Below are positions 38,632-49,130 of a stretch of DNA of 64,000 bases, one piece after another (positions within the stretch are counted from its first letter, which is position 1; the number at the start of each line of letters is the position of its first letter). The notes under the pieces are model-generated. The model saw nothing but the letters and a program-made list of their open reading frames with translations. It was not told the origin of the DNA and did no database searches. This stretch comes from an uncultured Bacteroidota bacterium (GTDB taxonomy: Bacteria; Bacteroidota; Ignavibacteria; UBA10030; UBA6906), in the NCBI GenBank assembly GCA_963700635.1, contig CAVOYH010000003.1, positions 960,001 through 1,024,000 of the forward strand, read 5' to 3'. A program made the translations under genes and the position numbers.

Positions 38632-39930
38632 ATGTCCGGAACCACCAGTAAAAAAAATCCACCGCACGTTATGGAGGAGGAGAATCGTCGGCTCCGCCGT
38701 GCGGTGGAGGAGCTCTCAATCCTCAACGACCTGGCACGCGCCATCGGTGGTCTGGTGAATTCACAGGAAATCATGCAGACCATTATTCATCGCTCAGTGC
38801 GTGCCATCCATGCAGAGCAGGGTGTTATCACCATGGTCGATCAGAGGATGGGAGAGCCGATGAAGACCCTGGTGCGCACGATCATGACGTCGGCTGGCCA
38901 GGAACCGTACCATTTTAACCAGAGTCTTCTTGGGTGGATGCAGCTCCACCGTGTTCCTATCACACTAAATGCCCCGCGGGAGGATGCGCGTTTCCAGGGG
39001 GTCCGCTGGGATGAATCCGTACAGTCGTTGCTGTGCGTTCCCCTCATGATCAAAGGGGAAGTACGGGGCGTACTCACGATGTACAATAAGAGGGTGGATG
39101 GTGGATTCACCGATGACGATCAGCGCCTGCTGGCCATCATCGCGGGTCAATCCGCACAGGTGATCGAAAACGCCCGGCTCTACGAGACTGAGCGGACACT
39201 CCTGCATATGCAGGAAGAGGTCCGGCTTGCGGGGCGGATACAGGCCGAGCTTCTCCCGCACGGCCCCCCCGACGTGCCGGGGTATGAGATTGCCGGGCGT
39301 ACGATCCCGGCGCAGGACGTCGGGGGCGACTACTTCGACTTTATCCCGATGAACGGCGACTGTCTGGGGATCTGTCTGGGTGACGTGTCCGGCAAAGGAT
39401 TACCTGCGTCTCTTTTGATGGCGAACGTGCAGGCCACGCTCCGGAGCCAGAGTCTTATTAACGCGCCGCCTCAACTCTGCATCCAACGGGCGAATACCCT
39501 CCTGCTGCAGAGCACAAGCGCGGATAAATTTGTAACGTTGTTCTACGGCGTACTGAATCGTGCACACAACACACTTACCTACGTGAATGCAGGGCACGAG
39601 TATCCGTATCTGTTCACATCCACAAACGAGCCCACCCGCCTTTCCACAGGGGGAGCCCCTCTGAGTATCATCGAGCATTTTCCGTTTGAGGAGCAGACCG
39701 TCACCCTCCAGCCGGGCGACGTGCTTGTCGTGTTCTCGGACGGGGTGACGGAGGCCATGGATGCGCAGTTCGCGCAGTTTGGCCAGGAACGTTTAGGTGA
39801 GCTCCTTCCCGAATGCAGAAACGCATCTCCCTCCGCGATTATTGACCGGATTGTTGCAGAGGTAAGACAGCACGCCGGGACAGCGCCGCAGAATGACGAC
39901 ATTACAATGGTTGTGGTGAAGAGGCTCTGA
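38632..39930 (+). CDS. GAF + SpoIIE/RsbU-type PP2C phosphatase
   Basis: SLLCVPL..GVL..FTDDDQRLL..IENARLY (GAF), then VGGDYFD, LGDVSGKG, YVNAGH, FSDGVTEA and QNDDITMVVVK. Confidence 0.93.
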   Translation: MSGTTSKKNPPHVMEEENRRLRRAVEELSILNDLARAIGGLVNSQEIMQTIIHRSVRAIHAEQGVITMVDQRMGEPMKTLVRTIMTSAGQEPYHFNQSLLGWMQLHRVPITLNAPREDARFQGVRWDESVQSLLCVPLMIKGEVRGVLTMYNKRVDGGFTDDDQRLLAIIAGQSAQVIENARLYETERTLLHMQEEVRLAGRIQAELLPHGPPDVPGYEIAGRTIPAQDVGGDYFDFIPMNGDCLGICLGDVSGKGLPASLLMANVQATLRSQSLINAPPQLCIQRANTLLLQSTSADKFVTLFYGVLNRAHNTLTYVNAGHEYPYLFTSTNEPTRLSTGGAPLSIIEHFPFEEQTVTLQPGDVLVVFSDGVTEAMDAQFAQFGQERLGELLPECRNASPSAIIDRIVAEVRQHAGTAPQNDDITMVVVKRL

Positions 39931-40044
39931 GTCTTGCCGGCGCGGACAGTACAATGTAGCCGGTCCGATTGACCTCCTCCAGATGGTGGATCTTCCACAT
40001 GCGGAACACTTCACCTGCGTTGAGGCGTTCAATGGCAGTGGTTC

Positions 40045-42663
40045 CTATTCATATTTTCTGATAAGAGCCCGGAATCTGGGGATCCTGTGAAGAGGTTTCC
40101 ATGTGTGCTCAGCTTTGAGGACCGCTGGAGAGACAAACAAAGAAGGGACAGAAAGCAGATACTCCAGGTGGTCCAGCGTCTCGTCGTATCGGCCGAGACA
40201 GACAAGAATCCGCGCGAGGTCAAGAATGGGGCTATCCCCCCGGAGATGATCTCGGGAAATCGGTTGGAGTTCGACGGCACGTTTGCCGTGTCGAACGGCA
40301 TCGTCGGCACGTCCCATAAGAGCATACGTCCACCCGAGCGCGCCATGAACCCGGTGGTCGCTGTCATCCGTCCTCAACTTCCTTTCCAGGACGATCCGGG
40401 CCGAATCAAACCATGCGTATGCCGTGCTCGAATGTCCGGCCTGTGTTTCCACCAGTCCCGAGAAAAAAGAGAACGGATAATAATGCCGCTCGTCTTCATA
40501 AACCTGGCCTGGACTGGATGCGAAGGTGCTGAGCGCTGCAGAGAGGTTGCCCATATAGAGATGATAAAGACTCCGGAAAAACATCAGGCCAGGGTTGTCT
40601 TCGGGAGCAAGCTGTTCCAGGACGGCGAGGGCGCGTGATGCATCGCCGGTTCGCTGCCACACGATCCAGGATTTATTGATGGATGCAGAAACATAGTCCG
40701 GGTAAAGACTCACCGCGCGGGAAGCGAAGTCCTCCGCTTCCTCATATCTTCGTAACGCTGCACACGTCATGGAGAGCTGAATAGCGATATCCACCGAACG
40801 AGGATTCAACGCAAACGCCCGCACCTGGTTTTGACGGGCTTCCTCGAATTTTCCCTGGCGCCTCCAGATATATGCCCGGGATACCAGCAGCTCATCTTTG
40901 TTGGGCATCCGCTGTTCGGCGACTTCAAACTCTGAGAGCGCGCGCTGGAAGTCCTTCCGAACCCAGTACCAATAGTAACCGAGTACTACATGTGCCCTTG
41001 CCAGGTCCGGATCGAGCTGCAAGGCCCTCTCCACTTCCCTGCGTGCCAGTGAGTCCGACGGGTGCTTCTCCTGGTTGAAGTGGTACAGGTGAAGGTAGGT
41101 GTTTGCCAGTTCAGCCCAGGCGAGCACGAACCCGGAGTCAAGTTCGGTTGCCCTGCGAAACATGTGTACGGCCCGCCGATGGTCCTGCACGTCGTAACCC
41201 GGTTGGGCCATTGCATCCATCCCCCGCAGGTAGGCATTATATGCTTCAAGGTTTTCTGTCGGCCTTGCCTCGACCGAAAATGCTTCTCCATCGGTCAGCG
41301 CAACGCGCAACTCCCGAATGACTTGGCGTGCGATGTCTGTCTGGACCTCAAAGATGGCACTCAGCTCACGATCATACCGATCGCTCCAGAGGTGCACGTC
41401 ATCGGCGACACGGATAAGCTGGGGTGTCACGCGGACCAGACTGTGACTGCCGGCACGCTGTTCCCAGCGTACGGTTCCCTCAAGCACATGTGACACACCG
41501 AGCTCTTCTCCGATTTGCCGGAGGGGTTTGCTGGTTTTCTTGTACTGGACAGCGCTCGTGCGTGAGATCACGCCGAGCGCGCGGATTGCTGCCAGACGGC
41601 TGGTGATCTCCTCCGTAACGCCGTCTGCGAAGTACTCATCGTCGGGCGATCCCAGATTTTCGAAGGGGAGAACGACAAGAAGTATCCTTTCGGTGCCAGG
41701 ATCGGAGGCTCTCCCAGAGAGATATGCATAGAGTCCGGCGCCGCAGAGGAGTACCGTAATAGCACCGATCAACCAGTACCGGAGAATTCTCCTCCGGTGC
41801 CTCCCGGACGGAACATCCGCGGTCATCGGAGAAACCCCGCCTGCAGAGTGTGATCCGCCCAGAGCCCGCAGGTCCACCAGGATCTCCTCGACGTGCTGAT
41901 AACGTTCCCCGGGGACTTTGGCCATACACTTGCCCAGAATCCTCTCCAGCTCCATCGGCATTCCGGTGCGAAGACCCGTGAGAGGTTCCGGCTCGGACGT
42001 GAGGATGGAATACAGAAGCGCGTTCTGATACTCTGCAACAAACGGGGGTTTGCCTGAGAGCATCTCGTAGAGGACCACGCCGAACGACCAGATGTCGGTT
42101 CTGTGATCGGCGGATTCTCCCCGTGATTGTTCGGGTGACATGTATGCTGCAGTGCCGAGTGTGGACCCTGTTCTGGTGAGACCCGACAGGCCGCTTAGCT
42201 TCGCCAGCCCGAAATCCACAATCTTGGCTGCCCCGCGGGAAGTGATCATAATGTTCGCGGGTTTGATGTCTCGGTGAATGATCCCCCGCTCGTGCGCACT
42301 AGCAAGCCCGCGGGCCACCTGGATAGCGATATCGATAGCCAGTTCAAGCGGAAGTGGTGCCCGTTCGATCTTCTTCTTCAGCGTCTCGCCTTCAAGACAT
42401 TCCATACTGATGAACATCTGTCCGTCACCGGTCTCATCAATGTCGTGCACGACACAGATGTTAGGGTGCTGGAGGGACGACGCGGCCTGTGCCTCGTGGA
42501 CAAACCGCGCTTTGGCCTCAGCGTCAGTGGTGAGTGCAGGAGGGAGGAACTTGAGTGCGACGGGGCGGTTGAGCCTCAGGTCCTGGGCTTTGTAGACCAC
42601 GCCCATGCCTCCGCCGCCGAGATGCTCGAGGATTTTATAGTGTGAGACCGATGTGCCGACCAT
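40045..42663 (-). CDS. Hanks-type Ser/Thr kinase + TM + TolB-N-like (VLPFENL) + TPR
   Basis: Complete kinase motifs ([17 protein letters not shown]), [23 protein letters not shown], TPRs and a PRFRALI tail. Confidence 0.93.
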   Translation of the reverse strand: MVGTSVSHYKILEHLGGGGMGVVYKAQDLRLNRPVALKFLPPALTTDAEAKARFVHEAQAASSLQHPNICVVHDIDETGDGQMFISMECLEGETLKKKIERAPLPLELAIDIAIQVARGLASAHERGIIHRDIKPANIMITSRGAAKIVDFGLAKLSGLSGLTRTGSTLGTAAYMSPEQSRGESADHRTDIWSFGVVLYEMLSGKPPFVAEYQNALLYSILTSEPEPLTGLRTGMPMELERILGKCMAKVPGERYQHVEEILVDLRALGGSHSAGGVSPMTADVPSGRHRRRILRYWLIGAITVLLCGAGLYAYLSGRASDPGTERILLVVLPFENLGSPDDEYFADGVTEEITSRLAAIRALGVISRTSAVQYKKTSKPLRQIGEELGVSHVLEGTVRWEQRAGSHSLVRVTPQLIRVADDVHLWSDRYDRELSAIFEVQTDIARQVIRELRVALTDGEAFSVEARPTENLEAYNAYLRGMDAMAQPGYDVQDHRRAVHMFRRATELDSGFVLAWAELANTYLHLYHFNQEKHPSDSLARREVERALQLDPDLARAHVVLGYYWYWVRKDFQRALSEFEVAEQRMPNKDELLVSRAYIWRRQGKFEEARQNQVRAFALNPRSVDIAIQLSMTCAALRRYEEAEDFASRAVSLYPDYVSASINKSWIVWQRTGDASRALAVLEQLAPEDNPGLMFFRSLYHLYMGNLSAALSTFASSPGQVYEDERHYYPFSFFSGLVETQAGHSSTAYAWFDSARIVLERKLRTDDSDHRVHGALGWTYALMGRADDAVRHGKRAVELQPISRDHLRGDSPILDLARILVCLGRYDETLDHLEYLLSVPSLFVSPAVLKAEHTWKPLHRIPRFRALIRKYE

Positions 42664-42750
42664 GGTGCCTCCGGAAGAAAAGGAGTCGGCCAGTAAGAAA
42701 CTTCTGATCTGGAGAAAAGATACGGCGGGTGGAGGGGAAAGTCAAACAAC
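42270..42750 (-). repeat. Direct repeat copy 1: promoter, leader and kinase N-lobe shared with 46212..46686
   Basis: 42362-42674 vs 46304-46616 differ at 4 positions by my manual count. The upstream ~75 bp is also conserved. Confidence 0.9.
42717..42745 (-). promoter_or_regulatory. sigma70 promoter TTGACT-N17-TATCTT of kinase 40045..42663
   Basis: Near-consensus and conserved in the duplicate at 46653-46681. Confidence 0.7.
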
Positions 42751-42924
42751 GCCGTGCTCGATCGGTGTGGCTGACATTTCCAGATGCTTTCTCTAACTTT
42801 TTGAAGGCAGGGCCACGAGTTGTTCTGTCCAGTATGGGCGCTGTGGCCCCATGACAACAATAGTCAGTGCGTCCGACCGGTTCTGTTTTCCGTTCATTGT
42901 TCCCTCTGTGAAAGAGGCCCGCAG

Positions 42925-43905
42925 ATGATCGGTGAAAGTATATCGCAGCACAAAATCCTGCGCAAGCTTGGTGAAGGGGGGATGGGGGTAGTTTATAGTG
43001 CTCGTGACACGAAGCTCGACCGCGATGTTGCCCTGAAGTTTCTCCCCCCGCACCTCTCTCCTTCAGGGGAAGAAAATTCTCGCTTCGATCGGGAAGCGAA
43101 AGCCACATCCGCGCTCAATCACCCCCGCATTGCCACCATCTTCGATGTCGATGAAGTGGAGGGGCAGAAGTACCTGGTCCTGGAATATATTCCGGGAGGT
43201 ACGCTCAGGGCAAAGCTGTTTCAACCTAAAGCACAGGGCAAGCGGTTCACGATTGCCGAGGTGTTGGGGCTTGGCATGCAGATTACCGAAGGACTCGTCC
43301 ACGCGCACAATCATGGGATCATCCACCGTGATCTGAAGAGCGAAAATATCATGTTGACGGATGAGGGGCGTGTAAAAATCGCCGATTTTGGCCTGGCAAA
43401 ACTCCAGGGAGGTTTGCAGATTACGCAATCGGGCAATACCATGGGGACAACCGGGTATGCATCACCGGAGCAGATTCGAAGATGCGATAACGTCGTTCCG
43501 GAAGTCCCTAGTGTTCGACCCAATGGTACCTGAAGTTCATCGGTGGATTGCAAAAGTGTATGTGGCAATGGACATGTATGAGAGCGCCTTCGAGCACTGG
43601 CGCAAGGCGGGGGAAGTTGATGTTGATCAGCTGTGGGAGGCCTACCAGAAAGGTGGAAGGAGAGGTCTCTGGCAGAAACAGCTTGCGCTATCACAGGATA
43701 CTTCAGGGAGGGGTGCAGTGTCCCCTGCACTGTAGCGGCAATCTACAGTCACCTGCAAAGGAACGATATGGCATTTGAGTGGCTGGACAAGGCCCGGGAA
43801 GAAGGTTCTGTTCCATTGTCGATAAAGGTCAATCCGGAGTTTGACAATATCCGAACTGATCCTAGGTTCGCCATTGTGCTGAAGAGCATCGGGCTGCAGG
43901 AGTAA
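42925..43905 (+). pseudogene. Internally deleted Ser/Thr kinase-TPR gene
   Basis: Kinase subdomains I-VIII (to YASPEQIR) join out of frame at about 43475 to terminal TPR sequence (RFEDAITSFRKSL...). A second shift near 43720 leads to AFEWLDKA..IRTDPRF. Subdomains IX-XI, the TM and the TolB-like domain are missing. Confidence 0.85.
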
Positions 43906-44007
43906 TCGCGGGCGAGGTTCGTTGCCGGCCTGAACACCCGACGTCGGACGGCCGCCCCTGCAGGTGTCGGAGGATATGGCCGGGTCGAAAATGCAGTGTA
44001 TGGGTTC

Positions 44008-46605
44008 TCACCGGGAATACTTCTCAAGCAGTCTACTAAATCCGGCCTCGTTCCGGATGTGGTCCCACTGCGGATCCATCCGGAGAAACGCAACCGATAT
44101 CCATGACGGGATGGAAAGGAGGTAATCGAGGCGTTCTATGGCCGCTTCGGTCTCTCCGGTCAGCGCATAGATAAAGGCAAGGTCCTCGACGTAAGGAATC
44201 CCGTAAAATGCGTCCCGGGAGACCGGCAGGAGCTCCACCGCTTTCTTTCCTTCCCGTATTGCATCCTCTTTTCGGCCGAGGGCGGCGTAGGCTATGCCAA
44301 GCGAACTGTGATACCGCGGATCGTTCGGCCATTGCCTGACCTCTGCTTCCAGCATTGATCGTGCTGAGTCGTACGCCGTACGGGATATTTCCCTCTCCCC
44401 CGATAGTCTGCGGGCATAGGCAACCAGAAGTAACTTCGGCATCGCCCAGCATTTGTTGCGAATCCACGCGTCAGGCGATGAGGAAAGTCTCTCGATGGCC
44501 TGCCGGTAGTTCCGTTCAAACATGTCCTGCCAGTACCACACCCATGGTGCCCAGTCATGCGTGGGCGGGACGGCGCCAATGAGAGTCCTGGATTCCGCAT
44601 TGGCGCCCTTCCAGCTCCAGATCGAAAAGACCTTGACGAGATAGGGCCAGGCGTCATCCGGCGCCAGCGCGATGGCCACATTGCTCGTCTTGACAGCCTC
44701 TTCATATTTACGCAGGACCCAGTACTTTTCGGCCAGATCGACCGCCAGCGATGCATCACGCGGACTGAGTTCGAACGCTTTTTGAGTGCTTTCCATGGCT
44801 TCCACCCAGCGCCCGGCAATTGAGGAAACCGCCCCTTTGGCCTCAAGGATCTCGACATTGTGAGGCATCCCCCTTTCGGCAATGGAGAATTGCTCGAGTG
44901 CTTTTTCCGGGTCCCGGCGAGCATAAAGGTAATAGTACCCGAGGGCAAGGTGAACACCAGGCATCTCCGGTGCCAGGGCCACTGCCTGTTGAGCCGCACG
45001 GGAGGCCAATTGCAGCCGATCGGGGGAATGATCCTGCCAGAGGTAGTAGAGGCGGGAATGCGCGTATGCAAGTTCTGCAAAAGCCAGCGCGAACCCGCTG
45101 TCGAGTTCAGTTGCCTGCTGGTACGCCTCCACCACCCGTAACCAGTTTGCGACCGTGAAATGTGGCCGGCTCCTGAAGTACCTTGCGCGCAGGAAGGCCT
45201 GATAGGCTTCGAGATTTCTTGTCGGAGGCACTTCGACACTCTTCCGCTCCGATGAAAGGAGTGTAACACCCAGTCGCTCCGCTACCTTCTGGGATATTTC
45301 CGATTGAAGTACGAAGATATCATCAATCACCCGGTCGTACGTCTCGGCCCAGATGGTGGTCCTGTCGGAAGCACGGGTAAGGTTCGAATTTATCCGTACG
45401 CGGCTTGGACCCCCTTGAGACGGGGCCCAGCGAACAGCTCCCTCCAGCATGTACTCGACGCCCAGCTCCCGCGCAATCTGTTCCATCGGTTTGTCCGTCC
45501 TGGCGTACTGGACTGCACTGGTCCGTGAGATGACCCTCAGGTTACTGAGGGAGGAGAGACGGCTCGTCAGTTCTTCGGTCATCCCGTCGGTGAAATACTC
45601 ATTCTCTGCCGGGCCCAGGTTCTCAAAGGGGAGAACAACCAGTCTACTAACCGGAGGGTAGTCCTTCATCCCGGGTCCACGCATGAAATACCCGATTACT
45701 GTCGCCATGCTTGCGAGAAGGAGAACTGCTGACGCGACCACCCAGCCTCTTTTCACCCTGCGCCACCCTCCCCGGCGTCGTGTTTCCGGCACGGTTGCTG
45801 AGTGGTCTTTTCTTACGCGTCCCAGATCGTATTCGAATTCGTCCATGCGCTGATAACGTTGGGAGGGTTCCTTCTTCAAGGCCTTCCGGATGACTTCTTC
45901 CAGCTGAGATTCGATGCCCGTGATGGGCTTTGCCTCTTCGTTCAATATGGAGTATACCAATGCCTGCTCGTAGTCGCTCTTGAAGGGTGGATGACCGGCG
46001 ATCATTTCGTACAGCACAACACCCAGCGACCAGATGTCGCTTCGTTGATCGACTTCGCTCCCCCGTGCCTGCTCCGGCGACATATAGGTCACAGTCCCCA
46101 GGGTAGAACCAGCCCTGGTGAGCTTTGTTTGTCGGGCGAGCTTCGCCAGCCCGAAATCCACGACTTTTACCGCCCCCTCGATTGTAAGCATGATATTGGC
46201 CGGCTTGACGTCGCGGTGAATGATCCCCCGCTCATGCGCACTGGCAAGCCCGCGGGCCACCTGAATGGCGATATCGATGGCCAGGTCAATCGGAAGCGGG
46301 CCTCGTTCGATCTTCTTCTTCAGCGTCTCGCCTTCAAGACATTCCATACTGATGAACATCTGTCCGTCACCGGTCTCATCAATGTCGTGCACGACACAGA
46401 TGTTAGGGTGCTGGAGGGACGACGCGGCTTGCGCTTCGTGGACAAACCGCGCTTTGGCCTCAGCGTCAGTGGTGAGTGCAGGAGGGAGGAACTTGAGTGC
46501 GACGGGGCGGTTGAGCCTCAGGTCCTGGGCTTTGTAGACCACGCCCATGCCTCCGCCGCCGAGATGCTCGAGGATTGTATAGTGTGAGACCGATGTGCCG
46601 ACCAT
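44008..46605 (-). CDS. Hanks-type Ser/Thr kinase + TM + TolB-N-like (VLPFENL) + TPR, paralog of 40045..42663
   Basis: Complete kinase motifs (HRDVKPAN, DFG, YMSPEQ), VLPFENLG, TPRs and a DPQWDHIR tail. Confidence 0.93.
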   Translation of the reverse strand: MVGTSVSHYTILEHLGGGGMGVVYKAQDLRLNRPVALKFLPPALTTDAEAKARFVHEAQAASSLQHPNICVVHDIDETGDGQMFISMECLEGETLKKKIERGPLPIDLAIDIAIQVARGLASAHERGIIHRDVKPANIMLTIEGAVKVVDFGLAKLARQTKLTRAGSTLGTVTYMSPEQARGSEVDQRSDIWSLGVVLYEMIAGHPPFKSDYEQALVYSILNEEAKPITGIESQLEEVIRKALKKEPSQRYQRMDEFEYDLGRVRKDHSATVPETRRRGGWRRVKRGWVVASAVLLLASMATVIGYFMRGPGMKDYPPVSRLVVLPFENLGPAENEYFTDGMTEELTSRLSSLSNLRVISRTSAVQYARTDKPMEQIARELGVEYMLEGAVRWAPSQGGPSRVRINSNLTRASDRTTIWAETYDRVIDDIFVLQSEISQKVAERLGVTLLSSERKSVEVPPTRNLEAYQAFLRARYFRSRPHFTVANWLRVVEAYQQATELDSGFALAFAELAYAHSRLYYLWQDHSPDRLQLASRAAQQAVALAPEMPGVHLALGYYYLYARRDPEKALEQFSIAERGMPHNVEILEAKGAVSSIAGRWVEAMESTQKAFELSPRDASLAVDLAEKYWVLRKYEEAVKTSNVAIALAPDDAWPYLVKVFSIWSWKGANAESRTLIGAVPPTHDWAPWVWYWQDMFERNYRQAIERLSSSPDAWIRNKCWAMPKLLLVAYARRLSGEREISRTAYDSARSMLEAEVRQWPNDPRYHSSLGIAYAALGRKEDAIREGKKAVELLPVSRDAFYGIPYVEDLAFIYALTGETEAAIERLDYLLSIPSWISVAFLRMDPQWDHIRNEAGFSRLLEKYSR

Positions 46606-46686
46606 GGTGCCTCCGGTGGAGTCGGCCAGTAAGTGACTGCTGGTCTGGAGAAAAGATACTGCGGGTGGAGGGGAAAGTCAAACAAC
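46212..46686 (-). repeat. Direct repeat copy 2 (includes promoter TTGACT-N17-TATCTT at 46653-46681)
   Basis: Near-identical to 42270..42750, with a coding offset of 3942 bp. Confidence 0.9.
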
Positions 46687-46724
46687 ACACCGCACGATTT
46701 CAGCATTATAACCCACCGACAAAT

Positions 46725-48080
46725 TCAGCCGTCGGCGGGGCCGAGAGACTCTGCAATCCAGGCCAGGTTCTTCAGCGGGACAAATCCATAATTGTAGAAA
46801 TTGAAACTTGTTATGCCCATCTCCCGCGCGGTTTTTACCCGGTCCAGGAATTCGGTTTTTGCGCCACTTTCAAGCATCCCCACCTGGATCCCGACTGTAA
46901 TGTCCCGGCCGGGGATCATCGCCTGCAGCTGAGAGAGAGGCGCACGCAGGGCGGCGCCGTCCCTCACATAGCCGAGCATCAGGACACCACCTGTGATCGC
47001 CGCAACCCGCTCCGGGTTCATCCCCACCATCGTGCGCACAACGGGATCGGGTGAGACCATCGGCCGCACCGTCACGGTTCCAGCTGCTTCCGTCACCTCC
47101 TGAACCAGCGACGCTACAACATTGGTCCGCCAATCCATGAAGGGTTGAAACAGTCCCGAAGGCAAGGCTTCAAGGGCGGGATACCGCCCGGCTACCGCCT
47201 CGGGATCGACAAAACACTCTTCAAGAGTGTTCCGGACAAACTCGCGGATGGGTTTCAGATTCAATCCTGTCAGTTGAGCCCGCTTCGCACAGGAATCACA
47301 GAAACAGAGTCCGAGCAGAAACCGCGGTATTGCGCCAAGCAGGATGCCTTCACGTTCATGATGCTCGCCGTGCGTATACCCCTGAAATTGGAGCGCCTCC
47401 AGTTCGATCGCCGAAACACCCTGGCCGGCAATGTCGCGCACCAGTGCGCGGAGATACGTCCGGACGTCATCATTGGACGGACAGAGGTTATGATAGAGTG
47501 GATCGCCGAATGCCGTCCGTGTGACAATTGAAGGATACGTCCTGCCGAGAGGAGTGTTGTGACAGCAGACCACCCAGCTGCGTGTTTCGAGTCCGAACCG
47601 TTCGGCCTGCTGCTGCACCTTCTTCAGGTCGTGTCCTTTATCAACAAGACTGTTTACACGCGGCTTGATCTTACCGTAGAGCCCGGGGTTCGGTCGGAAG
47701 TACACGGTGCCATCTTCCAGGAACACCACCTTCCGTTTTGGATTGTGGGGTGCAAGGAATTTGCCGGCATGATAGGCCGTTGCCAGACTGATACCCGTAA
47801 GCCGGTGTTCTTTCAGACGGCGGAAAACAGTATCGTACCCTTCATCAACGATATCCCAGAGATAGATCCAGATCGTCCCACGGAGACGCGAATCCAACTC
47901 CGGATTCTGATCCTGGGCGAACCGATCACGTTGTGCTGGCTGGAGGAGCAGGTCAGTGTTTTCGGAAGCGCTGCCGGGCGGCCGGACCACCGGCATGAGC
48001 GAAGCCAGAAGCGTGCTGGCGCCGCTCGCTGCGAGCGGGAGTCCCGCAAGAGCACGGAGGAACAGACGGCGGGTTGTCAT
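46725..48080 (-). CDS. Tat-exported hypothetical protein, glycoside-hydrolase-like TIM barrel
   Basis: TRRLFL twin-arginine signal, Y-WD, LATAYH, W-V-CHN, LCPSNDDVRTY and FYNYG. The fold call is by resemblance only. Confidence 0.6.
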   Translation of the reverse strand: MTTRRLFLRALAGLPLAASGASTLLASLMPVVRPPGSASENTDLLLQPAQRDRFAQDQNPELDSRLRGTIWIYLWDIVDEGYDTVFRRLKEHRLTGISLATAYHAGKFLAPHNPKRKVVFLEDGTVYFRPNPGLYGKIKPRVNSLVDKGHDLKKVQQQAERFGLETRSWVVCCHNTPLGRTYPSIVTRTAFGDPLYHNLCPSNDDVRTYLRALVRDIAGQGVSAIELEALQFQGYTHGEHHEREGILLGAIPRFLLGLCFCDSCAKRAQLTGLNLKPIREFVRNTLEECFVDPEAVAGRYPALEALPSGLFQPFMDWRTNVVASLVQEVTEAAGTVTVRPMVSPDPVVRTMVGMNPERVAAITGGVLMLGYVRDGAALRAPLSQLQAMIPGRDITVGIQVGMLESGAKTEFLDRVKTAREMGITSFNFYNYGFVPLKNLAWIAESLGPADG

Positions 48081-48089
48081 ACGGTGCTC

Positions 48090-49130
48090 CTATTCCTCGT
48101 CAATGACCCATGTATCAAGGAGGTTCTCCGGTATTCCGGAAATAAATCTCGACGGTTTGGAGAGAATCAGACCTGAGTCCCGGTCGTAGATATTGATCGG
48201 GTAGGTGATAAAAAGATTGTCCTTGGCGCGCGTACAGGCCACATACATCAGGCGTCGCTCTTCTTCCATTGTCTCTTCACTCATGGCAGCCCGCGTGCTG
48301 GGGAACCGGCCGTCAAGGGCATAGATCACAAACACCGAGTTCCACTCAAGTCCCTTGGCGCTGTGGATTGTGGAGAGAATCAGTCTTTCGTCTTCTGCGC
48401 TTGCCGGCGTCAGGTCCGCAACACTTTCGTTCGCCGGTTCGAGACTCAGATCGGTGAGGAACGATCCCAGAGCGCGGTACCGTTCGGCGATCTGCTGGAA
48501 CATTTCCAGATCTTTTTTCCGTTTGTTGAAGTCATCGTATCGCCTGGTGAAAATCGGCTCGTAGTATCCGAGAAGCTGCTGAATCTTGTCGGCGGGTGAA
48601 AGGTGAGCCGGGGCGACTTCCGTGAGCACGGTAAACAGTTCGCGCACTTTCTCAGGATAGCTGTTAAACTGCGACCAGAATGCCGGTAGCGTCGTGTCCG
48701 TTGCGTCACGTTCTGCGGAGACCCGACGCGCCACAATGTCCTCGATAACTTTTTCTGCCGTTCGCGGACCCACCCCATCCACGAGCAACAGGATCCGGTT
48801 CCATGCCACCGCATCACGGGGGTTCTCCAGGACGCGGAGGTAGGCGACAAGATCTTTGATATGCGCAGTCTCGATGAACTTGAATCCCCCGAATTTTACA
48901 AAAGGAATATTGGCCTTGTTGAGTTCGATCTCCAGATCAAAGGAAAGATAACTTGACCGGAACAGGACAGCCATGTCCTGGAGGGCGATACCCTGTTCGC
49001 GGAGTTCAAGGATCTTCTGGATGACGAAACGGGACTGGAGGTTTTCCGTTTGCGCCACAACGATGTTCGGCAGGTCGCCACCCGGACGTTGCGTGAAGAG
49101 CTCTTTGCTGTATTTGTGGCGTGTTGTCAT
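48090..49130 (-). CDS. UvrD/PcrA-family SF1A helicase, C-terminal half (2A/2B domains)
   Basis: AVLFRS, FGGFKF.E.AHIKD..AYLR, LSTIHSAKGLEW (motif V) and EEERRLMYVACTRAK (motif VI). Lacks motifs I-IV. Confidence 0.88.
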   Translation of the reverse strand: MTTRHKYSKELFTQRPGGDLPNIVVAQTENLQSRFVIQKILELREQGIALQDMAVLFRSSYLSFDLEIELNKANIPFVKFGGFKFIETAHIKDLVAYLRVLENPRDAVAWNRILLLVDGVGPRTAEKVIEDIVARRVSAERDATDTTLPAFWSQFNSYPEKVRELFTVLTEVAPAHLSPADKIQQLLGYYEPIFTRRYDDFNKRKKDLEMFQQIAERYRALGSFLTDLSLEPANESVADLTPASAEDERLILSTIHSAKGLEWNSVFVIYALDGRFPSTRAAMSEETMEEERRLMYVACTRAKDNLFITYPINIYDRDSGLILSKPSRFISGIPENLLDTWVIDEE

